Below are positions 25,407 through 36,045 of a DNA stretch of 64,000 nucleotides, in pieces (the stretch's first letter is position 1; every line of letters starts with the position of its first letter). A program made the translations under genes and the position numbers. The notes under the pieces were generated by a model. It did not search any database. It was not told the DNA's origin and saw nothing but the letters and a program-made list of their open reading frames with translations. The DNA lies in contig JBNZDD010013683.1 of NCBI GenBank assembly GCA_050575255.1, positions 4,062,456 to 4,126,455 on the forward strand, given 5' to 3'. Source of the DNA: Harriotta raleighana (Eukaryota).

Positions 25407-25987
25407 TTTGGTATTGGGGGAAAGGTAAAGAATGGGTTAACTGGACAACTGAGAGATCAAACGTCTGACCTTTTCATAGAGTCAGTTACACAAAACTCCT
25501 TCTGGAGCTCCAAGTGAGAAAATAAATCCTTTGGACTGTTTTAGGTTGGGTGGTCTTATTTGGCGCGAAGAGAAAATAGATCAAAATACAGCATATCCAA
25601 TTGGTCGGTTTTATTTCATTAGCAGACTAAAAATGGATTCTGCTTTTCCCCTTCCCCCAAAACTCTACAATCCCAAGTCACATTTAGCTCTTATCAAAGC
25701 ATCTCTTCCAATAGTAGGTAATAGGTAGACATGCATGTAATCATTATAAATCAATGTGTTTACAGTAGTATAAGAAGACTGAATACTGCAATAGTAATTA
25801 CTCAAATCACATACACACAACTATCTGTGCCTAGGAAGAATGTACTAGTCACACACAAATGCATTGGATGAAGCCTCAGCTGATATCTGCCAGTTGCATG
25901 CTCAAAGGCCATCAATTAGAAAGTGACAAAAAAAACAGGAATTAATTTCTACCAAGTGCAACTTCACCTTTAATATAGCATCAAAAT

Positions 25988-26065
25988 AACGCTTTGAGAC
26001 ATCTCGAAGATGTGGAAGGCGCTATATCAAATGCAAGGATTGTTATTATTATAATTATTATTACT
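25988..26065 (+). mobile_element. SINE 3' tail fragment
   Basis: cgctttgagacatctcgaagatgtggaaggcgctatatcaaatgcaagga(tta)n. Confidence 0.8.
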
Positions 26066-26319
26066 ATCAGGAGATCAATTCTGCAAGGTAGGTCGGAAAC
26101 ATCACTGCTCAAATTAGTCAAAGTCCAAATATCAAGTTTCACACAATTGAATGAAGCAAGGTCACTCATTTCTCCAGCACTTACCTCAACTCACACAATT
26201 AATACCACTGTTAAAACAAGGCAGTCAAACTTTCTGTTGCATAGTACTGGCGCAAAATGATCATGCTTCAGAAAAAGAGGGTGAGGAGTGGTTTGGAGGA
26301 GGATTAGAATGGAACCAAA

Positions 26320-26459
26320 AGCCCCTCTCCTACTCTTCTTCCACCTACCCCGACACCCACCCACCCACCCTGCTCGGGTCCCGACCTAACTGTTCAGCGC
26401 CTTGGGATGTACTCCCGAAGTGAATGTAAATGTAATTTTGTTGTTTTGTTGTTGTTGTT
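26320..26459 (+). mobile_element. L2 3'UTR and tail fragment
   Basis: C-rich tract, ctgctcgggtcccgacc, cagcgccttgggatgtactcccgaagtgaa...gtaattttgttg(ttg)n. Confidence 0.75.
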
Positions 26460-27316
26460 CATACAGGAGTGCACCACAACCTAAGGCAAGCACTTTACTG
26501 CAAGTGTAAGCTTTTGGGTAAACTGGGAAATGGGAAGGAACTAAACAAAACTATTAAACCTTTTGGAATATCCTTTCTAAACACATTGTTGCTGTTAAAA
26601 GTTTGTTCTTTGGACAGTTCGTGTGAGAGCTACCCAACCAGTTTTGTAAATATACAATGGGAAGAACTTAACTCATCCCTTGCACATGATAAGACTTTGA
26701 CAATGGCTATGCGGCATTATTTCCCTTCTACAATGGGATTATCTGCCTGTAAACTAAAGGAAATGATCTGCCTCGGGATTATTATCTACTCTGCAAACTG
26801 GGTAGTCAGTACGCTTCAGGTCATGCTCACAATACAAGTGAAGAATGCAGTAAATTCCAGTTCAACTATAGTTCACTGAGCAATCCCAGGATAGCAAGCA
26901 TTGCAGTGAATATGTACAGTTTGGGCTCAGTTTTAAGAGCCCAAATTTGCTGCCTCCCTGGATGGGCCACATCTTCACCAACTCCATGCCCCAACCCCTC
27001 CCACCCCCCAAAAAAATCTTGCTAATAATACAGCAGAATGTTAAACAAGACACATATTGCCACAGACTACTGCTGCATTACATTAGTCTAGGATTCCGCA
27101 GACGACTTTATTTAGCCCAGAAACATTCCCATGTAAAGGCTTCTCTGTTTTTTATGATGTAGCTTCCAGCCAAATATGAGGAGCGAGCAGTGTTGGTGTG
27201 GGTGGGAGCTGAGCAGCAAATCCATTCCTCAAAGGGAGAAAGAGAAAACTGGACTGAGAAATCGTGCTTTGAGTGAGCTGAGTAGGACATCACTCAGTCA
27301 ATGCTTCACGTTGACT

Positions 27317-27384
27317 TGGGACGTCCTCCCGACGTGAAAGGTGCTATCCAAATGTAATTCTGTTGTTGTTGTTGTTGTCGTCGT
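27317..27384 (+). mobile_element. L2 3' tail fragment
   Basis: ttgggacgtcctcccgacgtgaaaggtgctatccaaatgtaattc(tgt)n. Confidence 0.8.
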
Positions 27385-29289
27385 CAATGGGAGAAACCTG
27401 CCTCTTTAGACAAACTATTTTGACAAGATTGTACGAGAGGATGACTCAATCACAAATATAAAAGTGTGCTGAAAGTGAGGAGGCAAAAAGAACTACTAAC
27501 ACTTTAAAGGTTTGTTGTCCCTTTGTGTGACCCCCCCATACTATTATATATAGGTGTAGGATGTGCTTTCCCTCAATAAAATTATACATTTACTTCAGAA
27601 TTAACGTTCTTCCAGGATGCAAACATTTTGTACCTTAATTCCTATTGTGCTGTTTCCATGTGCTCAACACAGGCTAGTTTTCAAAGGCACATAGATACCT
27701 GCCACGACAACTTCTCCTGTTTAATATTCAAGTCATTTTTCACCAGCCCTGGGGGAGCAATTAGGCATCATTTACTGCAATCTGATGGTGAACCAGTTTT
27801 GTTCTGGCCAAAAGCACATCGCTAATGATCTCCCCACATTCTAGACATCGGTAACAACACAGCTAAACCCAAACACGTTCATCCCACAACTGTAACTAAA
27901 ATATCGGGCAAATACCAGCTTCCGCCAGGAGAGGTGGCGAATTGTCCGAGCCCCAAATATTAAGCATTCACCGTATCAACTCACTCAGAACAAGCTTGGG
28001 TAAACATTACCTCTGAACACATTTCTGGAGTTTTATAGCAGAGGTGATTGAGTTGATTGAAAACAACATCATTTTCCAATATCTCTTCTATAATCTAAGT
28101 CATTTGAGACGATAGTTTTAATTTGCATCCTGGAGGATTAGTTCATTTCAAGTCTTAAATTTGATTATCACTTCATATTACTTTCCCATTCACGACAGAT
28201 GGGGGTCTATGTTTCTCAATACTCAAGTTCAGCCACATCAACCACAATGATCCATCTGTTATAGTTTACAAAACCAGTGTAAATATTCAATCAGTTTTGC
28301 TGTTGGCTTCATTATGAATCCTGCCCCAGGCTGTTGTGCATCTTCACAGCCAATATCGAGAATACCTTACAGTACAACTCCATATGTACCACCCAAGTCA
28401 GTCATTCTATTTCCATCCAGTTAGTATTTGCCTGAGATCTGCTCTCAAGAGTGTTGCGATCGTTGCAAGACAGTGAATAAAATAGGTTTGTAATAAGTGT
28501 TGATTTTTCAAAATGGTAAATGTTCTTCAGAGATTCAGATTTTGGCTATTTATAACATCAAATATATATGTACCTCACCAGCCGTTGTGTGAATCGCCGT
28601 CAAGAATTGGACCCACATCACTGGAGGGACTTGTTCAACTCGCCTCTGCACCCATCAGTAGGTTACAAAGTTAATTACATCAAGAAGTGAAGCAAATCTT
28701 TAATACATCGTGTGAAACTGAAACCATTCAGTAAGGATACTGTGGCACCACTTTGTCAGCTGTGGAAGCCATCAGTAAACTAATCTACTGATATTAAATA
28801 CTTCTTCAAATAACAGCAAAATAATGTTACCCTGAGGCAACGCTGATCCGAGTGAGTTTTGCCTCAATCAGCAGGTAAATAAAATCTGTTATACGCAGAA
28901 TAATGGATAAGCTGCGAGTGATTTCAAGGCTGCAGTTTTACCTCATGGTTCGGATGATACATCAAACTCTGAGAGCAAAGTGCGTGACACCATCTGAATC
29001 TGGAGATCAGATTAGAACCTGAAATCACTTTGTGATTTTTTAAAAATTATAAATATACAGTTTCAATTGTGATGTGTGCAAATGGACGGGCAAAGAAGGG
29101 CAACAAATCTCCACATTTTTGCCATGGGAGGGTAAAACAAAAAGGGGACTGCAAGGATCAGTGGGTGTCACAACCTTGATGTCAGGTGGCTTTTACAGTG
29201 ATGTCTGTCCAGTAGGAGTGTGTGTGTCTGGAGGTTGGAATTCCTTATGATCCTCTTATGATGGACAAGCCTATCAATATCCACCAATA

Positions 29290-29482
29290 TCAAGGCCAAC
29301 AACTCCCCCTGATAAAATTGGTCAGTCACTTCATGACTGTCCTTGGGATACTGCTTATGTCCCAAATCGGCTGCCGCATTTACCTACAAAACACACAGTA
29401 CTGCAATTTACCGTTTATCCCGTGAAGCACTTTGAGATGTCCTCCTGAAGAGAAATGTGCTGTATCAAATCAATTATTTATT
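29290..29482 (+). mobile_element. Degenerate Deu-SINE 3' half with L2-type tail
   Basis: aaatcggctgccgcatttacctacaaaacacagt...gtgaagcactttgagatgtcctcctgaagagaaatgtgctgtatcaaat. Confidence 0.65.
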
Positions 29483-29485
29483 ACA

Positions 29486-29638
29486 CAGGAACAAGGAGCA
29501 GGAGTAGGTCATTTGGCCCCTCGAAGCAGCCCCGCCATTCGATAAGATCATGACTGATCTTCTAATCAAACTCCATCTGCCCGCCTTATTCCCATATCCC
29601 TTAATGCCTCCATCCATAAGAAATCTATCAATCTCTAT
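29486..29638 (-). mobile_element. CR1-clade LINE 3' end (shark HER1/HE1-type tail)
   Basis: ggagcaggagtaggtcatttggcccctcgaagcagccccgccattcgataagatcatgactgatct is the antisense of the chondrichthyan CR1 3'UTR as I recall it. Confidence 0.8.
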
Positions 29639-30522
29639 CACTGTGTAATAATGTTTAATACTGTTTAATTTCCTCGGAGCATTGCAACCCCGATTGGGAA
29701 TTCAGCAGTGTGAGTGAAGATGGACAGACCAGAGAACCAACTAATCCATGGTTCTGAGTTTGGATACTGTCCATGGACACTTCATGGTTAAACAAGTGCC
29801 AGTCTGGAGAAGGGCCTCTTATATAGGTTACTTTACAAACTTATTCTAACAATAACAGTACTACTTAATTGCAACTCGCTTCCACATTTGTGACTTGCTT
29901 GTTTCTTTAAAGGAGGAGACACTAAGAATAAGTTTTCACTAAGAATAAAAGCGTCTCAAAATTCCAAAGCTATTTCTATTTCCAGCTAGCGTGCGTCACA
30001 GACACTGAATCCTTATGAATATACAGATTTGATCTCCAAGAAACATTACTGAGTTTATTTTGAAAGGTGGGCAACTAAGGTCATGCAACATTACTTAAAA
30101 CTCTCCCAGAATTACCTCAAGTGATTCTGTGAAGCCTAACGTGTCCTACCAATATTTTTGTAAAAATTACCATTTAAAGCAATAGTGTAAAAATATTCTT
30201 TGCTGCCCATTCACTCTGTTGTAATATACACAAGTAAGTGTACATGTTACTTCTTTAATTTGGATTGATGTATTACCTAAGTACCAATCTAAAACAATTC
30301 TCAAACATACAACATGGTGCCCAATTCTGAAATTCTGCTTTGAAATAAGCTTCTTCAATATTGGGTGCAGTAATTTGGAAACCTTACAGAAATCGTTGAA
30401 CGTGGGTTATTCCCAACCACCAACTTCACAGATCGTGCAATCATTAAGGGGAGAAATTATATTTCTGTTTCTGAAACGAGGAGGAAACTGTGGGGTGGGG
30501 GCAGGAAAAATCTTACACTTAC

Positions 30523-30575
30523 CATCTGAGATCGATTCTTTGGACAGCCATTGATGTCTTCAATCTTTTCATTGG
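30523..30575 (-). CDS. NAV2: NAV2 coding exon (exon 3 equivalent), CH domain
   Basis: tttcag|CC AAT GAA AAG...CAG ATG|gtaagt. 53 nt encoding (A)NEKIEDINGCPKNRSQM; phase 1 to phase 0 fits both neighbours. Confidence 0.97.
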
Positions 30576-31334
30576 CTGAAACGTTAAGAAAAGCAGTGAG
30601 GTTATAACGAACGCACGGTTTCAGATGCTGCGAGTGTCCCTTTCCCCAACTGTTGCCAGTGTCTAAAAGGGAACCGTTGTCTGCTGTCTACCGCTGTTAA
30701 TGATGCTGCTAACATTAACAGACAACCTCACCAAAGCAAATGTATGCAGGATGTATTAAGACTCATCAAATGCTCGCGCAAATTTTTCGTTCTGGGTTGT
30801 CCCTACCCACCCCACAGCAGCTGAGTAGCAAGGTCACCCTCTGAAAGCAGACAACTGCACGAGCGCTCTCCCCTTAACCCTTTCCACACCCCTTTGCTCT
30901 TTTCCTTCATTCCATCAATCCTCTGCAGACACTGGGCCCTCATCAGTGGTGGGCTACGCATGGCATGCTGCAGTGGTTAGGATAAAGTTTCATGACCATT
31001 CCATAAGAAGCAGCAACAGCGGCAGCAAAGAGGCTGGAAAAACACAGATGGAAACCACATGAAGCCTTGGTGGAAATTCTGTGTCGCTGGCAGAATCAAA
31101 CACGCTCTTTTTCCTAATTCTCGCTTCTTAGTTGATCTCCCACCACCCCCCCAACCCCTCCATCTCTCCATCTTCACCAGCTTTGGTTTTGACAAGGTGA
31201 TTGCTTGTGACGGGCACCCTTTTCTCCGTCGGCGCTCAGCACTTTGCCAGCTGCTATTCCTGACATTGGCAGCTATTCTCTTAAGGTAATTGAGGGAAAG
31301 GACACATCTTCTTCCATCCTGTTGATTTCAGCAT

Positions 31335-31605
31335 CATAAGTTTGGGGTCTCTGGCCTGCCCAACNAGTTTGGGATCTCTGGCCTGCCCAACCTTACCACC
31401 ACCCCCCCCTCCCACCCCCAACAATTAAACGCAAGAGCTGCACCTTACAAACAACTTCAGGAGATTTGTGTTTCCTGAACANTCATAAGTTTGGGGTCTC
31501 TGGCCTGCCCAACCTTCCCAACACCCCCCCCACTCCCACCCCCAACAATTAAACACAAGAGCTGCACCTTACAAACAACTTCAGGAGATTTGTGTTTCCT
31601 GAACA
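31335..31605. other. N-split near-identical duplicates (N at 31365 and 31482); probable assembly artefact
   Basis: The segment agtttggg(g/a)tctctggcctgcccaac...tttcctgaaca is repeated across two Ns with SNPs. Confidence 0.8.
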
Positions 31606-32747
31606 TGCACTGGAAATCAGAGGTTTCTCCATACAATATACACAGTCAATCCACTTTCAAATACATTTTGTGAAGGGATTAGGGACGTCTCAACAATGTG
31701 ATAAGACACTATATACCAAGTGTAAGAATTTATCATTAAGATATTGCGGAGGAGTTTCTACTCAAATCACTGTTCTGTCAGCATCAGTTAATTGCACAGA
31801 GGCATTGGAGTCTCAGTGAACTGTATTTCATTTCCTTGTTTAAAACACTTATCTTTAGGGATTTTCCTCCAGTGATTCCCCCTAGTTGGTAGTTTCTAAT
31901 TTAGTGGTACAGTTGTTCAGGAAAATCCCGGGTCTGAAGTTGATATCCAGGGTGGGAGGAACATTATAAGTGGTCTCATCTCCCTTGTCTTGAGACGGGA
32001 GAGATCAATAAGCCTCTGTTCCCCATCAATATCCCACAACGCTTCCTTGCAAACACGCTTCTGTAGCATAAAGGGAGTTCAAGACAAAGCTAAACGAGAC
32101 AATGTGCTCATTAGACTTCAATCGTCCTATCACCCAGCCAGATCTGCATACAAATGAGTCACTTTTCGTACAACCCCCGCTTGCACGAAAGAGATAACAC
32201 CTCTTATATCTCAGTGGGATTTCGCGATTAACATTACAATTTATTGCTTTCATCAATTCATTGCCATGTCCTCGCACTCTGGTTGAAAAATGGCACCACA
32301 AGAATGACTATTATTTCACCATTTATTTTATCGGATCATTCATTTCATGAACTGTTTTTTTATTTTTTAAAAAAGACAAAGAAATAACCATGAGGTTCAT
32401 TTCCATTCCAGAAAATTGATGACCACTCCCAAACTTCTCATTGCTGAGTTGGACAGTCATGACACTGACCCAGTGTGAACCCGAGGCACACAGACTGCGA
32501 AAGCCACACCCTCATCTGAATTCAGGGATTAGTCGGAGAAGCAGTGGGAACACGACCAACATTGGCAGCTATTCTCTTAAGGTAATTGAGGGAAAGGACA
32601 CATCTTCTTCCATCCTGTTGATTTCAGCAGCATAGGTTTGGGATCTCTGGCCTGCTCAACCTTACCACCCTCCACATTGTTGAGGGAGGAGAGGAATTAA
32701 ACTGGGTTTCCACTTCTCATTGCTCACTAATGTTTGTGTGTATGCGA

Positions 32748-32768
32748 ATGTGTGTGTGTGTGTGTGTG
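32748..32768. repeat. (TG)n microsatellite within an old repeat
   Basis: About 10 TG units. Confidence 0.85.
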
Positions 32769-33364
32769 GATGTCAAGTGAGGATTTGATGAGATTTGCCT
32801 CATCTCATGGGAGAATAACTTGCTAACACTCACTGCTTCAGTACACATAAGGAATTAAGGTACCACAGTGTACGCCAGCCCAGCCCCGAATGTGGAGAAG
32901 TGTGAAGCACTTCGAGATGTTATCCTGACATGAAAGGTGCTAAAACAAATACAAGTATTATTATTATACCTCATTTGTGTATGAAATGATTGAGCACGTA
33001 AAAAACAATTTTTTGTTTCAAAATTTATTAAAAATTACCAAACCTGGGATGCTTCATCACAAAAATAACTTTGATTGGTGTGAAATTCCACACCAATATA
33101 TGTCTGAGAATGTAAACTCCAGCTTACAATAATTTGCACTTACATAGCATCCTTCATGCAGGAATAGTGTCTCGAGAGTACTGTGATACGCAATTCATGA
33201 TCTCTAATGACATAAGACGGATGATGATAATAATAATAATAACCGTTGTATTTGATGTGGTGACTTATCACGTCAATGAAACATCTCAAAGCACTTCATA
33301 GAATATACTGTAAAGGGATTGTCTGTGTATTTTAATGGCACGAAGGGAACAAGTTTTCGTTATA

Positions 33365-33890
33365 CAATTAGGCCTTGCTTATCGTCGTAGTTGTGTTCTT
33401 GAATAGTTCGACTTTAAGCAAAACGATGTTAAGTGAACCCGCATAAGAATACTGGACATTCAGCATTTATATATGCTTACACTACCCAAACTACTTTGTT
33501 TCCACCGTTGGGAAAGGACGTAGGCTCTGGAACTCCATCCCCCTGTGCCTTCGCCTCGCTTCCTCCCTTTCCTCTTTCAAGGCCGGTCTCAACACCTTTC
33601 TCTTCGACCGTGCCTTCAACGCCTCTCGAGTCTCTACCCCCTCCTTGCTCCCACCCTTCCCCCCCCTCGCCCTGAACATTTTCCCTTGCTCAGGTCCTGA
33701 ACCAATCTGTCCAGCGCCTTGGGACGTCCTCCTGACGTGAAACGCGCTCTACAAGTGTAATTTTGTTGTTGTTGTTGTTGTTGTAATAGCGAACGTCGCG
33801 ACGTTAAATGGATATATGTTCCCTCTAGTGTGTCAGCAATGTAATAGTGAAACAAAGTTGACCGAATCAACGTCAAGCGAGGACTGCCTG
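33365..33890. mobile_element. Tigger/pogo-like MITE (inverted relative to 14276-14496) interrupted by an L2 insertion
   Basis: TA|CAATTAGGCCTTGC ... GCGAGGACTGCCTG|TA. About 33415-33520 and 33784-33890 align to the reverse complement of the 14.3-kb copy. Confidence 0.82.
33522..33783 (+). mobile_element. 5'-truncated L2 LINE 3' end nested in the MITE
   Basis: Encodes RLWNSIPLCLRLASSLSSFKAGLNTFLFDRAFN, then a C-rich UTR and cagcgccttgggacgtcctcctgacgtgaaacgcgctctacaagtgtaatt(ttg)n. Confidence 0.9.
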
Positions 33891-33991
33891 TACTTCAGTC
33901 AGAGCCAAAACATCAACTCGATTATCGTTATCAACTAGATTTCCTTTATGAAAAATGCATGCATCGAGAAACAAAATAGTCCTCCACGTAC

Positions 33992-34109
33992 CTACGACCT
34001 GGATGATCTCAGCCAGGAGCACACCATCTGCGACGTCCTGCTGTAGGTCTCTGATAAGTCTCCTGTGGCCAGACTTAGCCAGGTAATGATTGGCCCAGTC
34101 GGTGTAAAT
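33992..34109 (-). CDS. NAV2: NAV2 coding exon (exon 2 equivalent), N-terminal part of the calponin-homology domain
   Basis: Minus strand reads ttcaacag|ATT TAC ACC GAC TGG...GTC GTA G|gtacgt. 118 nt encoding IYTDWANHYLAKSGHRRLIRDLQQDVADGVLLAEIIQVV, nearly identical to the NAV2 CH domain as I recall it. Absent from the ORF track. Confidence 0.97.
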
Positions 34110-35780
34110 CTGTTGAACAAACGAGATTCAATGTTTCAGTTCATCCATCAAAATCTACATCAAGTTACTGAGCACTTGCGGACTCTCAATATTGAAAGCC
34201 CAAGTGATACACAACCGATTGGCCTGCCCTCAGTGGAAGCCTCGATTCCCAAGTGTCTTCTTTTTTTTTCTGTTGGGAGGAATCTGAAAACGCATTTGGA
34301 CTTGCTGTCAATTTAAACTCAAATCACAAAGCTGCATAATCAGTCAGTCTTGCCCAGTGAACTTCATTCAGAATTCTGACAACAGAACTTTTTAAAATAA
34401 ACCAGTGAAAATCCTTGAAAGCTTTTTCAAGAGTGCAGGGAAAGACAACTGGAAAAAGGCTATTGATAGCTGGAAACCAAGGACTGAGTCTGCACTATAT
34501 GCAGTTGCTTTTTGTCGACTCGTCTGTACTTAAATTTGAACTTAAGTGAATTCAGTATTTACAGTCATTTTCTAAATCATTTTCTAAATCCGGGAGGTAT
34601 AATTAATCCTCTTTCAATGTCGCACTTGGAAGCAAAGTACTGTATTTCTAAACCAATGAATCTGGAAGAGTGCTCTTTGTCATGATTCAACTCGTCCAGT
34701 GTCCACAGTGTGAATCCATGGTGCTTCTGTGATAAAGTTACACGGTGGGATATTTGTTCACAGCATCAGCCGTATTGCTTGTGCAAAAATAATTGCCACA
34801 CCACTGCCAATCTTTATGGTAAGCAAGATACACCATAGTTGGAAAGTCAATGAATACCTTCAAATGATAAAAGCTGAGTAAAACGACTGGCGGAATCCTG
34901 CCATCACCAACTGACATGTGTCAGCACATTTCCTTCCACATGACACGCGAGCGCAATTGAAATCGATTTAAGAAAACATCCCTCGTGCTCTTACAGCCCG
35001 AAAATTAGCTCCTGTGTTTGTTACCGCGATCACCTGTGCTGACATATAACAGTGGTCTATTTTGATTCGAAAGAAAATCAATGACTGGAAAGAAGTTTGA
35101 ATGTGTCTTCAAATAAGACCCTCTTTTTGGGAGGGAACGATCAGTGAAAGGGAGCCGTACTCATCCATAAGTAAATGACTAACTGACATGAACTCAAACA
35201 GAGAAAAATAGAGACTGCCGTCTATATTTACAGTACGTCTTCTGCAGGTCGGATCACACAACACTGGGAGATGCCAGACCGACAAATAGAACGTCAAAAG
35301 TCACTTACCCGATCTAACAGTTCAGTGTCAAAAGCGAACGACAGCCTCTGTTTCTCCAAATAATGTTTCCACTTCTCGTCATAACTGCAAGTTGTGTTCA
35401 CCACAAACCAATTTGCTGCACTGTAAATCATGCCTCTTGTACCACTCACACAACAGCAAAAGAATTCAGAAATCATCCGCTACATGGACTGTAGAATAAA
35501 TGGCTCCGAACAAAGCACTTTCATTTATAGCTATTGTGTGCATTACTCATACCGACCAACCAATACCAAAAACCTCAAATTACAAAAGCCCGTCTGTTCC
35601 ACGATCCGCAGCAAAACAGAAGCCCATATGGGAGTTGCATTTGTGTGCTTTTCACACATGTATGTATGGCCATTTCGTTTAAAGTGTGCACACAGAGTTT
35701 ATGGCTTGTAATATGCTTTGCTGGCGGTTTGACTGAAATCTAGATTCCATATCGGATCCTTTGGTTGCAAGCGTAATATA

Positions 35781-36045
35781 TAATAATAATCCTTGCATTT
35801 TGATATAGCGCTTTTCATGTCTTTTGGATGTCTCAAAGCACTTCACAGCATATATTGTAAAGTGAATCGACTGTATATACGTGGGCGAAACGCAGCAGCC
35901 AATTGCGCACAGCAGCGACCCACAAACAGTCGTGGATTGAAATAACCAATTTTATTTTAAAAAATTTGGAGGGAATATTATTAGGCATGTAGAGTAAGGA
36001 AATTTGCCCAAGGTTTCACCCTGCCTGGAATTGAACTCAGGTCCT
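35781..36045 (-). mobile_element. tRNA-derived SINE, 5' end of head missing
   Basis: Tail, Deu-like core and B-box region align to the 7.8-kb copy; the A box is absent. Confidence 0.9.
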
